Assembly (NCBI RefSeq): GCF_001412615.1
Contig: NZ_CP013011.1
Location: 270,001 to 302,000 of the forward strand
DNA length: 32,000 nt
Source: Pyrodictium delaneyi
GTDB lineage: Archaea > Thermoproteota > Thermoprotei_A > Sulfolobales > Pyrodictiaceae
Reading direction: 5' to 3'
The notes under the pieces: generated by a model
Told to the model about the DNA's origin: nothing
What the model saw: the letters and a program-made list of their open reading frames with translations, nothing else
The model's database searches: none
Position numbers and translations under genes: made by a program
In this document: piece after piece, positions 1-9,223 of the stretch
How positions within the stretch are numbered: the first letter of the stretch is position 1
Layout: the number at the start of each line of letters is the position of its first letter

Positions 1-1415
1 TGAAGATGCTCCGCGAGCTCACAGGCCGCCCAGTTCTCGTCAAGACTGCTGCTACTAACCAGGTCGGCTTTGTGACCCTTGGCACAGCACGCGCCACAGC
101 CATGGGGATAATCATCGACGGTGCTGGCGCAGGCACCGGGGCTACACCGCGGATCGTCCGCGACCATGTGGGCATGCCCGTGGACTACGCTGTACCTGTC
201 GCCGACCGGCTGCTCCGGGAGAACGGGCTCAGAGACGGCTTCCTAGTGATAGGCGGCGGCATGATATCCAGTGGTGAGGATATAGCCAAACTGATCCTGC
301 TCGGCGCTAACATGGCTAACATAGCGACTGCGGCACTCATAGCTATGGGGTGCATCATGTGTCATATATGCAATACTGGCAACTGTCCTGCAGCGTTAAC
401 GAACAGTATTGACAGTGCGTTCAAGATCGACATAGACTGGGCCGTTGCAAGGGTCGTGAACTGGCTACGCGCAGTCGAGAGAACACTGAAGCTGATAACC
501 TACGCACTCGGCGAGGACAGCCTACAGAAGCTCGTAGGCCGCCGCGGCCTACTAGAGCTCTACAACGCCGACGAGTACGTGGCCAAGGTCGTCGGCGTAG
601 AGCTGGCCGAGCCTGGGCAGATAGCCTGGTATGGTGACCCAGGCGAGGAGCCGCTGCCACGCGAGGTCTACATGGAGGCTAAGACCCCGGTTCTAGGCAT
701 GGGCGGCTACGTGCCGGGCTACACGACGCCCGCCGAGAGGCCGCTAGACCTCCTCCGGGTAGAGGCGGCGCAGGTGACCCGGCCCAGTGTAGACCCGTAT
801 CGCGAGGAGATAGACCTCACAGTAAGGCTCCCCGACGGCACGGTATACGAGGCGCCGATAGCGGTCCCATGCCTGGAGGAGCCCCTTGTGGAGGCCGCGG
901 AGGGGCTCGGCTACCCGCTAGAGTGCGAGCTGATGGAGAGGCCGTACGCGATAGCTCTGCCGCCGGGCCTAGAGCCTCCACCCGGCACTACGTTGGTTAT
1001 AGTCGACGAGGAGCTACGGGGTCGCGGCGGCCGCTCCAAGCCATGGCTAGAGGAGTGGATAGTCTGGCTAGACGACGAAATGTGGAGCAGTGGGATACGG
1101 AGCGACGTAGCCCTCGTGGCGGCAGGCGACCTCCGGAGCGCTGCCGACGTCTACAAACTGCTAGCCCTAGGCGCTGACCTGGTCACGCTCCGCCGGCCTC
1201 TACGCTGGCTGAGCAAGAAGATAGCCGGGTGGCCCGCTGAGAGGAGGAGAGAAGCGTACGAGAACACACTGATAGCAGTCACCTGGGAGCTGAAACTCCT
1301 GATGGGTGCCGGCGGTTTGACTAGCTACCAGAGCCTCCAGGGTAACCGGTGGCTCCTCCGCAGCCTCGACGGCGAGGTCGCCCAGCGGCTCCGCGTATCA
1401 GTGGCAGGCGAGTAG
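1..1415 (+). CDS. Glutamate synthase large-subunit domain-2 (FMN-binding) family protein, 5' end cut by window edge, with a long C-terminal extension
   Basis: The frame is open back to base 3, so the Met at 6 is probably internal. Motifs IIIDGAGAGTGATP, VIGGGMISSGEDIAKLILLGANMANIATAALIAMGC and the Cys cluster CIMCHICNTGNCP match the second half of the GltB FMN domain. About 330 further aa follow before the TAG at 1413-1415. Confidence 0.7.
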   Translation, partial: KMLRELTGRPVLVKTAATNQVGFVTLGTARATAMGIIIDGAGAGTGATPRIVRDHVGMPVDYAVPVADRLLRENGLRDGFLVIGGGMISSGEDIAKLILLGANMANIATAALIAMGCIMCHICNTGNCPAALTNSIDSAFKIDIDWAVARVVNWLRAVERTLKLITYALGEDSLQKLVGRRGLLELYNADEYVAKVVGVELAEPGQIAWYGDPGEEPLPREVYMEAKTPVLGMGGYVPGYTTPAERPLDLLRVEAAQVTRPSVDPYREEIDLTVRLPDGTVYEAPIAVPCLEEPLVEAAEGLGYPLECELMERPYAIALPPGLEPPPGTTLVIVDEELRGRGGRSKPWLEEWIVWLDDEMWSSGIRSDVALVAAGDLRSAADVYKLLALGADLVTLRRPLRWLSKKIAGWPAERRREAYENTLIAVTWELKLLMGAGGLTSYQSLQGNRWLLRSLDGEVAQRLRVSVAGE

Positions 1416-1640
1416 CCCCAGGGCTACGCCCGTACGGCGAGGGCACGGCCCTGGTGCAGATGCGCTCCCCGCCATCCCCGAGCCTCTTTATAACCCTGCC
1501 CGGCTAGTCTAGGCCCCCTAGGCTCCCACCAGGGGCACAACTTAGCAGATTACCCTTGCCGCATTGCATGCCCAGGGCTCCCTCGGTGCGGGCAGCAGTC
1601 CCTGGGCGTGAAAAACACTCATAGGGTAGAGCTAGCGCAT

Positions 1641-1647
1641 GAGGTGA
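1641..1647 (+). promoter_or_regulatory. Shine-Dalgarno-like GAGGTGA 9 nt upstream of the GTG start at 1657
   Basis: GAGGTGA is complementary to the conserved 3' end of archaeal 16S rRNA (established knowledge). It sits at typical spacing from GTG-TGC (Met-Cys). Confidence 0.45.
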
Positions 1648-1656
1648 GTGTAGGCC

Positions 1657-3489
1657 GTGTGCGGTATAGCTGGGGTAGTCAGCCTTGACGGTAGCCAGGT
1701 AGAATCTAGGCTCGTCATCGAGGCACTCGAGGCTATGAGAGAGCGTGGCACAGAGCACGGCGCTGGTTACGCCGCCTATAGTCCAGAGCCCCGCGGTTTG
1801 GTGCGTGCTAGGGTGTTTACCCGGATAGGCCTCGACGAGCCCGTAGCTGACGAGCTGCTGGGCAGTCTTACCGAGAAAGGGCCCCGCAGGATAGCAGAGC
1901 TGGGGCACGGGATAGCTGTCGACGAGAGGCTTCTCCTCGACTACCCGCCCGCCAGCGTTGTCGGTAGACTCTGGCTGCTACAGGCGGCCCGGTTCCTCGA
2001 GGTATGGAAGAGTATCGGCTGGCCCCGCGAGGTGGCGGACGTCTACGAGCTGTGGGGGCGCCGGGCGCAGGCCTGGATAGGCCACACGAGGTACCCCACT
2101 AACAGCCCCGGGTTCCAGCCCTGGCTCGCCCACCCCTTCACTAGCGGCGAGACGGTGATAGTACACAACGGTGATCTCAGCAGCTACGGCGCCAACCGGA
2201 GGCTCGTCAAGTACTGGATGGGGCTCAACGGGTTCACGGGCAACGATAGTGAGGTAATAGCCTACCTTATGGAGCTCTTCTTCCGCGACGGGTACAACGC
2301 CCGCGACATCGTGGAGATACTGGTTGAGGGCCGCGGGCCCCGCTGGGCAAGGCTAGACGGTCCCCACGCAGTCATATTCATTCACGGGGAGCCACAGGGA
2401 CCAGTCTTCGGCGCCTTTGTGGACCGGCACCACCTCCGCCCACTCTACGTAGCCGTTACCGAGGACCGCGTCTACGCTGCAAGTGAGGCAGCAGCGGTAA
2501 AGGCGATGGATCCGCGCGCCAGGCCTCGGTTGCTACGCGGCGGCGGCTACGTAATCGTGTACCCAGACGGCGAGATTGAGGTACGCGGCTTAACTGAGGC
2601 CAAGATGTTCCCGGAGCCCCCGAAGCCCCCGGCATGGGCGGTAGACGCTAGCCGGATGAGCCGGACAGAGCTCAACCAGGCCTTAGCAGCTATGCTAGAG
2701 CGTACCGGCTACGCTGCGGCCTACAACCTCCGGGGCCACCGCTACGTGGCCAACGGGCTCGGGCCTGGTCGCCTCGAGCTATGGGGAACAGTGGGCAACG
2801 CTAGCCTCAACGTGGCTAGCGGCCTCGACGTGAAGATCTACGGTGACGCACAGGAGGACCTCGGCGACAGTATGGAGGACTCAAAGGTAGTTGTATACGG
2901 CAACGTGGGTGACGCAGCCGGCCAGGCTATGAGGAGCGGGGAACTACACATACTAGGCGACGCGGGCAACAGGCTCGGAATACAGATGAAGGGCGGCGTG
3001 ATAGTAGTGAGGGGCGACACTGGCGATTACCTAGGCGAGTTCATGGCCGGCGGCACGATAGTCGTACTGGGCAGGGTAGGCCGCTACATCGCCACCGGCA
3101 TGGTGGGTGGGAAGATCTACATACGGGGCCACGTACCGCTAAGCCACATAGGCAAAGCGCCGCCCCGTAACCAGATAGAGCGCTACATCAAGGCTATGGC
3201 CCATCGCGGCGAGATAACGATGGAGCAGATGTACCAGGCCCTCCAGAGCCAGACCGTAGACGAGCTACGGAGAGCCCTAGGCGACAAGTTCGACCGCTTA
3301 GCAAAGCTCTGGGGAGTACTGCACGTGGGCTATCCGCAGGCAGAGTACCGCTACCTCCGCGGGGACGAAGCAGAGGAGCTGGAGAAGATACTACGAGCCC
3401 ACGTAGAGGCCACGGGGATCAAGCTAGACATAGGCGAACTACTCGAGTACAAGTACACAGTGATAACAGCTGCAAAGATGAAGCATTAG
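1657..3489 (+). CDS. Fusion of a class-II (Ntn) glutamine amidotransferase domain (GltB domain 1) with a GXGXG beta-helix domain (GltB domain 3)
   Basis: The N-terminus MCGIAGV has the catalytic Cys2 of Ntn amidotransferases. The C-terminal half has repeated GXGXG-type turns (YGDAQEDLGDSM, VYGNVGDAAGQAM, ILGDAGNRLGIQM, VRGDTGDYLGEFM, VLGRVGRYIATGM, IYIRG). It uses a GTG start with an SD-like site. Confidence 0.75.
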   Translation: MCGIAGVVSLDGSQVESRLVIEALEAMRERGTEHGAGYAAYSPEPRGLVRARVFTRIGLDEPVADELLGSLTEKGPRRIAELGHGIAVDERLLLDYPPASVVGRLWLLQAARFLEVWKSIGWPREVADVYELWGRRAQAWIGHTRYPTNSPGFQPWLAHPFTSGETVIVHNGDLSSYGANRRLVKYWMGLNGFTGNDSEVIAYLMELFFRDGYNARDIVEILVEGRGPRWARLDGPHAVIFIHGEPQGPVFGAFVDRHHLRPLYVAVTEDRVYAASEAAAVKAMDPRARPRLLRGGGYVIVYPDGEIEVRGLTEAKMFPEPPKPPAWAVDASRMSRTELNQALAAMLERTGYAAAYNLRGHRYVANGLGPGRLELWGTVGNASLNVASGLDVKIYGDAQEDLGDSMEDSKVVVYGNVGDAAGQAMRSGELHILGDAGNRLGIQMKGGVIVVRGDTGDYLGEFMAGGTIVVLGRVGRYIATGMVGGKIYIRGHVPLSHIGKAPPRNQIERYIKAMAHRGEITMEQMYQALQSQTVDELRRALGDKFDRLAKLWGVLHVGYPQAEYRYLRGDEAEELEKILRAHVEATGIKLDIGELLEYKYTVITAAKMKH

Positions 3490-3528
3490 CCCCGGAGGCT
3501 TCACCTACACGAATAACTAGACTAGATG

Positions 3529-4455
3529 CTAGTCTTCTTTCTGGTTGCTCTCCTTCACCCGGTAGAGGGGGGAGCCGTCTACTGCTATTCTCTCTACCAG
3601 CCCCATGTTTACTAGCTTCTGGAGCTTCCTCCAGGCAGTGGACTTGCTTATACCTAGGCTCCTGGCAACATCGCTTACCCCCATTGGGCCACGGCTCCGC
3701 AGTAGCTCTAGTATAGCCCGGTCTCTCTCGTCGAGGGTAGAATCAGCAACTATGACTACGTCAGTTGCAGCAGAGCTGCTATTCTTCTCGCTACGTTTAC
3801 GACGAAACAGGATAGCTGCCCCAGCTGTGCTGGCTCCCGCAGCGGCGAGGACTGCTATAATGGGTGCATTGGAGTTAGTGCCCCCGCTTGTCTCCTTCTC
3901 GGATACAGTTTGTGTCTCGATGTTCCCGGCTTTCTGTGATACAGTGGAGGGCGGAGCTGATGGGACATAATCTATAGTGTATTCCCCGGGCCCGCTATAG
4001 CGGAGAACTATCCTTCCCGATGAGTAGTCTATAGTGGGTTCGCCCGTGAAGCCTGCTAGGGCGGCACCTCGGGGTAGGTAGATTGTGGCAGGGCCTGATG
4101 GATGTATTGTAGCCTCCACTATGCCGTCAGCTTGTCTGCCCAGTAACGCTGTATACTCTACGGTTAATCTTGTAGCGTTGCCAGCGTAGACTATGAGTGT
4201 GTTGTTAACAATGTCGTAGTCTAGGGGCAGGCCATCAGGTCCATAGACAACGATGCTCTCGGGCTCGTAGCCCTGCTCTAGCGGTAGCTCTACGACAATT
4301 AGGTTCTCACCACTAACTTCAATAGTAACTGTGGCTACGCCGAGCTCGTCGAGCTTATAGATGCTGCTTGTGAGTAAGCTGGGAGCCTCGGCAGCTGAGG
4401 CTACTGGAGTCAAGATAGCTAGGAGAGCAAGGAGTACAGCAACACACGGCCTCAT
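3529..4455 (-). CDS. Membrane-anchored winged-helix (MarR/TrmB-like) DNA-binding protein with signal peptide and extracytoplasmic domain
   Basis: It has a signal-like N-terminus (MRPCVAVLLALLAILTPVASAAEA) followed by about 170 aa of beta-rich sequence with NxT sequons. A Ser/Thr stretch and a TM segment (APIIAVLAAAGASTAGAAILF + RRKR) come next. The C-terminus is a wHTH: ILELLRSRGPMGVSDVARSLGISKSTAWRKLQKLVNMGLVERI. Confidence 0.6.
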   Translation of the reverse strand: MRPCVAVLLALLAILTPVASAAEAPSLLTSSIYKLDELGVATVTIEVSGENLIVVELPLEQGYEPESIVVYGPDGLPLDYDIVNNTLIVYAGNATRLTVEYTALLGRQADGIVEATIHPSGPATIYLPRGAALAGFTGEPTIDYSSGRIVLRYSGPGEYTIDYVPSAPPSTVSQKAGNIETQTVSEKETSGGTNSNAPIIAVLAAAGASTAGAAILFRRKRSEKNSSSAATDVVIVADSTLDERDRAILELLRSRGPMGVSDVARSLGISKSTAWRKLQKLVNMGLVERIAVDGSPLYRVKESNQKED

Positions 4456-4579
4456 GGCTCTCTACAGCCATTAACGCGTCTCTAGCCCTACTAGCCGGAT
4501 AAACACTTGACGCAGCAAAGCCCTAAGACTCGTGGACACCCTAGAGCATTGCCTAGGAGTTTACCGGAGGTGCTTGAAG

Positions 4580-5092
4580 ATGTTGATAGGAGTTGTGAGT
4601 GACACCCACGACAGCCAGGAGGCTGCCAGGCGGGCAGCCCGGCTGCTACTGAGCCGGGGCGCCGAGCTAGTCCTGCACCTCGGCGATATAGTGGCCCCAT
4701 TCACGCTCCGCAGGTTCCACGAGGAGGGCGTCAAGAAGCTCATAGCTGTCTATGGTAACAATTGCGGCGAGCGCCTTGGCCTGCAACGCGTAGCAGCCAG
4801 CCTGGGCTACGAGATACACGACTGGCCACACACCGTGGAGATAGCGGGCCGCCGCATACTAATGATCCACGGCATCGGCCCGGCGGAGAAGACCCGCAAG
4901 TTCGTCGAGGCACTCGCTGCGAGCGGCCACTATGATGCAGTCCTCTATGGCCACACCCACGAGGTGGACATGAGGAGAATAGGCTCCACCCTGATACTCA
5001 ACCCCGGTGAGGCCTGCGGCTGCCTAACAGGCCGGAGAACTGTAGCACTACTAGACACGGAGACTATGGAGGCCGAGCTGCTAGAACTCTAG
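4580..5092 (+). CDS. MJ0936/YfcE-family metallophosphoesterase
   Basis: Motifs MLIGVVSDTHD, LHLGDIV, YGNNCGE, MIHGIGP and YGHTHE are present. The ORF track starts at 4532, but the ATG at 4580 places the DxH motif at the usual N-terminal position. Confidence 0.8.
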   Translation: MLIGVVSDTHDSQEAARRAARLLLSRGAELVLHLGDIVAPFTLRRFHEEGVKKLIAVYGNNCGERLGLQRVAASLGYEIHDWPHTVEIAGRRILMIHGIGPAEKTRKFVEALAASGHYDAVLYGHTHEVDMRRIGSTLILNPGEACGCLTGRRTVALLDTETMEAELLEL

Positions 5093-5587
5093 AGGCCTAG
5101 AGGCCCCTAGCCGTCTACGGCTTCTAAACGTCTTCATCCTACGTGTTCGTCTCCATTTCTTTTTCTCGTCGACAGCTGCTGGAAGCCATTCGAGGAGGTC
5201 GAGGCGGCCACGCTGATAGAGCACTATTGCTGCCGCCAAACGGTGCACGCATAGAGGGTCGCCAGCTAGCCGGCTAGCCGGGCAGCTACACTCGGCTCCA
5301 CTCCGCTTCACGTGTACCATGTAGACCTGCTGCTCCTCGGGGAGCCTGCCTACACGGGTAGCTACGACTCGGTGGCCTGCACCTTTCAGTAGTGCTAGCA
5401 AGTCGCTATGACTCACCACGCGCTCACGTGGCAGCCTCCCGAGCCGCTGGCTAGGCACAGCCACTACTGCCTCATCGTTAGCCTTCACTAGGGTTGAACG
5501 AGAAGCTAGCCGGAGAGCACGGAGCACGTCGCGCTCCTCTACCCCTAGGCTCCGTAGCCAACGATACTCTCTAGCAGCTTTCAGCAA
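5081..5587 (-). CDS. SWIM zinc-finger domain protein, basic C-terminal tail
   Basis: It carries the CxCx(n)CxH signature CSCPASRLAGDPLCVH. Its 3' end overlaps the convergent phosphoesterase gene by 12 nt. Confidence 0.5.
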   Translation of the reverse strand: MLKAAREYRWLRSLGVEERDVLRALRLASRSTLVKANDEAVVAVPSQRLGRLPRERVVSHSDLLALLKGAGHRVVATRVGRLPEEQQVYMVHVKRSGAECSCPASRLAGDPLCVHRLAAAIVLYQRGRLDLLEWLPAAVDEKKKWRRTRRMKTFRSRRRLGASRPLEF

Positions 5588-5749
5588 GAGACATCATCTC
5601 ATCCACACTCTACACAGTATTACCTATCCATAGCCGCCCCCTATATATTGTGGCCCCGGGCCTCGACCGGGCAAACGTTCCTACATATCAGCTCTAATAA
5701 TGCCTCGATGCCCTTACTTCTACTCTTCTGGGGCGGAAGCGTGCAGGCC

Positions 5750-6691
5750 ATGAGGGAGCAGATCGACCTGGGCTACTCCCGGCTATACGTCCTGGACGCT
5801 ACACCCCGGGACTTCGGCGCCGAGTATATACGCGTCTATATTGTCGATGGCGGTGAGCAAGCAGTAGCAGTTGTAGAGACCGGCCCCGCCTCGGTGGCAG
5901 AGAGTGTCGCCAAGGCGGTCGCCGAGATAGCTAACGGTAGACAAGTAGAGATCATCCTGACACACGTCCACATAGACCATGGCGGCGGCGCGGGCCGCGT
6001 CGCGGGGCTCCTCACCGAGCAAGGACTCCAGGTGGCCATCTGGGCCCACCCCCGGGGCGCTCCACACATAGTGAACCCCTCGAAGCTCTGGAAAGCCTCA
6101 AACGAGGCCCTCGGCGAGACCGCGCTCGTCTACGGGGAGCCCGAGCCAGCTCCTAGTAGCGCTGTCCACGAGACCCGGGACGGCATGGAGCTGTGTCTCG
6201 GCCAAGCCCGGCTACGGATAATCCATACCCCCGGCCACGCGAGCCACCACCAGAGCATATTACTAGAACCCGCTGTGGGCCAGGGCGAACGCATACTGTT
6301 CCCAGGCGACTCCGCCGGTATGTACGACCCGAGCTCACAAGGCCTAGCGCCGACCACGCCACCACCCCTACGCCTAGACATGTACAGAGAAAGCTTGAGA
6401 CGTATGATCGACGAGAAGCCCGACAGGATAGCATTCACCCACATCGGGCTCGGCCCGGCACAACTGCTGGAGACGCACCGGTGGCAGGTAGACATCTGGG
6501 AGGAGACAGTACGAGAAGCACTAGCCAGGGGCCTAGACCCAGAGAAGACGCTAGAAGCGATACTCGACCGCGACCCCTACACAGCCCGGCTCTACCAGAG
6601 GCTCGGCGGGACACCCCACGGCCGCCGGATGATACTAAACTCCGTGCTAGGATTCATGGACTATGTACAGAGGATGCAGGGAAGCTACTGA
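5750..6691 (+). CDS. MBL-fold metallo-hydrolase
   Basis: It has the HxHxDH motif (ILTHVHIDHGGG) and later His/Asp ligands (HTPGHASHH, PGDSAG, FTHIG). The ATG at 5750 is preferred over the upstream track start at 5648, whose N-terminus looks non-native. Confidence 0.75.
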   Translation: MREQIDLGYSRLYVLDATPRDFGAEYIRVYIVDGGEQAVAVVETGPASVAESVAKAVAEIANGRQVEIILTHVHIDHGGGAGRVAGLLTEQGLQVAIWAHPRGAPHIVNPSKLWKASNEALGETALVYGEPEPAPSSAVHETRDGMELCLGQARLRIIHTPGHASHHQSILLEPAVGQGERILFPGDSAGMYDPSSQGLAPTTPPPLRLDMYRESLRRMIDEKPDRIAFTHIGLGPAQLLETHRWQVDIWEETVREALARGLDPEKTLEAILDRDPYTARLYQRLGGTPHGRRMILNSVLGFMDYVQRMQGSY

Positions 6692-6901
6692 GGTATGACA
6701 ATAGTATACGTCCATAGTCTTTCTCCCGTATCATGTAGGCCTCCTCTCCGCATATACAGCCCAGACAGTAGCCCGTCAACCTTGTCTTGACGATCATGGA
6801 ACTCTATTAAGGATCGCTAAGTAATGGTGGCTGCCTAGCGACCCCAGGAGCGTAAAGGTACTAGAGTACTGGCCTCTGTCTTCCCGCCGGGTTGTCCCGG
6901 G

Positions 6902-7990
6902 TTGGCTCGTGGTAGGAGTCCCGGCCAGGAGGCTGTGAGGGGCTACGACCTAGGACGTATCCGGCTAGCTGTGCCTGCAAGCCATTCCGCTTTGCAGCTG
7001 CTGCGTGGTGCCCGGGACGAGGGTGTAGAGGCTATACTGGTCGCGCACCGCCGCTACTATGATGCGATATACTCGCGGTTCCCGTGGCTCTACAGCCGCG
7101 CGATAGTGGTCGAGTCCTGGCGGGACCTCCTCAGCCCCCGCGTTGTAGGGGAGCTCCGAGAGGCCAACGCTGTTCTCGTGCCACATGCGAGCCTCATCGA
7201 GTACGTGGGTGTGGAGACGCTCCTCGAGCTAGAGCTCCCCGTTCTCGGCAACCGGTACCTCTTGGAGATAGAGGCTAGCTGGGACCGGAAGCTCTCCCTG
7301 CTAGAGGACGCCGGGATAGACACGCCCCGGAGGTTCAGCTCGCCCCGCGAAGCAGCCGAGGCAGGTGTCCCGGTGATAGTCAAGCTCCCCGGGGCTAAGG
7401 GTGGCCGCGGCTACCGGCTAGCAGCTCCCGGCAGCGTGGAGAGGGTCGTCGGGGAGCTAGAGAAGCAGGGCTACCGGCTCGAGGACCTGGTCATCCAGGA
7501 GTACGTGGTGGGTGTCCGTCTCTACAGCCACTACTTCAACAGCCTAGTCCACGGCCGGGTGGAGCTTCTAGGCATGGATATCCGGCTAGAGAGCAACGTG
7601 GACGGGCTCGCCCGGGTACCGCCCCGGCTCCAGGAGGAGCTAGGCCTAGAGCCCAGCTACACCGTGGTAGCCAACATGCCGATCGTGGCGCGTGAGAGCC
7701 TCCTCGCCCGGGTACTGGACTATGGTGAGCGCTTCGCCAGGGCCGTGGAGAGGGCCACCGGCTACCCCGCAGCCGGGCCCTACAGCCTCGAGGGCATAGT
7801 CACCGAGAACCTAGAGTACAAGATATTCGAATTCAGCGGCAGGATAGTAGCCGGCACCAACGTGTACATGGGGCTCCAGACGCCCTACGCTAGCCTCTAC
7901 TGGGAGGACCCAATGTACATGGGCCGCCGGATAGCCCGGGAGCTACGCGAGGCAGCCGAGAAGGGCATACTCGAGAAGATAGTCACCTAG
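6902..7990 (+). CDS. purP: FAICAR synthetase PurP (ATP-grasp, archaeal purine biosynthesis)
   Basis: The N-terminal segment YDLGRIRLAVPASHSALQLLRGARDEG, the ATP-grasp segments (VIVKLPGAKGGRGY, VIQEYVVG) and the C-terminal FEFSGRIVAGTNVY match the PurP pattern from memory. The true start may be the GTG at 6935. Confidence 0.72.
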   Translation: MARGRSPGQEAVRGYDLGRIRLAVPASHSALQLLRGARDEGVEAILVAHRRYYDAIYSRFPWLYSRAIVVESWRDLLSPRVVGELREANAVLVPHASLIEYVGVETLLELELPVLGNRYLLEIEASWDRKLSLLEDAGIDTPRRFSSPREAAEAGVPVIVKLPGAKGGRGYRLAAPGSVERVVGELEKQGYRLEDLVIQEYVVGVRLYSHYFNSLVHGRVELLGMDIRLESNVDGLARVPPRLQEELGLEPSYTVVANMPIVARESLLARVLDYGERFARAVERATGYPAAGPYSLEGIVTENLEYKIFEFSGRIVAGTNVYMGLQTPYASLYWEDPMYMGRRIARELREAAEKGILEKIVT

Positions 7991-8156
7991 CCTTTCCCCT
8001 TCTACATTACAGTGTCATCTAGTGTTATAATCTAGCTCTCTAATAGCCGTGCCTCAAGACGGCACTGCTTCAACCGGGTAACCGTGTTCTCCGAGGAGTC
8101 CTAGGCGACTCGTGACTACGGGGCTGACAACAAGCTATCGCCCGAGACATACCACA

Positions 8157-8798
8157 TTAGCTGCTCCTTCCTGCTTGGAGCACTCTAGCCACTTTGCACG
8201 GCACGTCGCTCACAATCATGTCTACGCCTAGCTCTGCTAGCCGGAGTGCTTCCCGGGGCTCGTTCACAGTCCACGCCGCGACCAGGTAGCCTCCCTGGTG
8301 CAGCGCCTCCACTAGCTGCGGGTCCACGTAGCTAGCCCGGACACTAACACCATGCGCCCCCGCCGCCTCCACTAGCACGCGTGGCTCGGCTGGACGGCTA
8401 TCGATGCTCAGCAGCACCCGTGCGCCCGGGAGCGCCTCGGTCAACTCTCGGGTGTCGCTGTGCCACCGTGTGACGAGGACCAGCCTCAACCCCCACGCCC
8501 CCTCCAGGGCCTCGGCGAGGAGCCGCGGGGGCACCCGATCCTTGAGGTCGAGCATAACCATGCTCCCAGGCGGCACGTGGGCCAATAGCTCCCGTAGCGG
8601 CCTACTGGGGGTGAAGTGTAGGCCCTCGAGGAGCCGGGCTAGCCGCTCCCGGAGAAGCAGCGGCCTCGCCCGGGGGAGGAGGTGCCCCGCGACGGGGACG
8701 CCGCTGCGCAGGTACACGTCTATCTCAACGCTGCGGGTGCAGGCGAGGTGGCGGCGGAGCCACCTCACCGTGTTGGCACGGTGCCCCACCACCTCCAC
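8157..8798 (-). CDS. Glycerophosphodiester phosphodiesterase (GDPD) family protein
   Basis: It has VVGHRAN, SVEIDV and VAGH at the N-terminus, and AAWTVNEPREALRLAELGVDMIVSDVP at the C-terminus. Confidence 0.62.
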   Translation of the reverse strand: MEVVGHRANTVRWLRRHLACTRSVEIDVYLRSGVPVAGHLLPRARPLLLRERLARLLEGLHFTPSRPLRELLAHVPPGSMVMLDLKDRVPPRLLAEALEGAWGLRLVLVTRWHSDTRELTEALPGARVLLSIDSRPAEPRVLVEAAGAHGVSVRASYVDPQLVEALHQGGYLVAAWTVNEPREALRLAELGVDMIVSDVPCKVARVLQAGRSS

Positions 8799-8836
8799 GC
8801 GCCCAGCCCCTCCACAGCGTCCATGCCCCTGGCGGG

Positions 8837-9223
8837 CTACGCGGATAGAACCTCTACGCCGTGCCGGGAAGCGAGCCGGGCCATGCCCTCGTCGAGAGTG
8901 GCTAAGGGGAGCCCCAGCCTCCGTGCAACCGATACCACCAACAAGTCCTCGTAGCGCCTAGGGTCGCGCAACGCGAACCAGATGTCCTCCAGCCGGACCG
9001 GCTCCACCCGCAGCCCACCAGCAAGCAGCCAGCCAACCCGCGACCCCGCAGCACCAGGGCCAAGCCGCCGCCTCAGACTCCACACAAGCTCATGCACAAC
9101 AATAGACGGCGCCACCGGCTCCTCCAGCGCCTTAAGCAGCCCAGCCGCCAAAGGGTGGAGCACATCCTCCTCCACGAGGTACGCGTGGAGCACACTCGTA
9201 TCCACAACAGCCGCGCCAGCCAA
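8837..9223 (-). CDS. vapC: PIN-domain ribonuclease (VapC-type toxin)
   Basis: It has an N-terminal AVVDTSVL acidic motif, a size near 128 aa and further acidic positions (EED, LDEG). The start is TTG at 9223 (or a nearby GTG). An in-frame stop lies at 9258-9260. Confidence 0.68.
   Translation of the reverse strand: MAGAAVVDTSVLHAYLVEEDVLHPLAAGLLKALEEPVAPSIVVHELVWSLRRRLGPGAAGSRVGWLLAGGLRVEPVRLEDIWFALRDPRRYEDLLVVSVARRLGLPLATLDEGMARLASRHGVEVLSA

Noticed and set aside
421-1177. ORFs 421-660 (-) and 869-1177 (+) within the gltB-domain gene.
   Set aside because: These are Arg-rich shadow ORFs overlapping a motif-bearing CDS, with no independent signals.
1504-1908. 134-aa minus-strand ORF spanning the gltB spacer and the start of the amidotransferase gene.
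   Set aside because: It is antisense to a well-supported N-terminus (MCGIAGV), has no recognisable motifs and probably reflects GC-driven ORF persistence.
5783-6717. Several overlapping ORFs in the MBL hydrolase region (5783-6067 -, 6130-6495 -, 6193-6717 +).
   Set aside because: They are shadow frames with Arg/Pro-rich translations. The MBL frame carries the HxHxDH motif.
8404-8961. 185-aa and 90-aa plus-strand ORFs opposite the GDPD gene.
   Set aside because: They are Ser/Arg/Pro-rich antisense ORFs. The minus-strand frame has the GDPD motifs.
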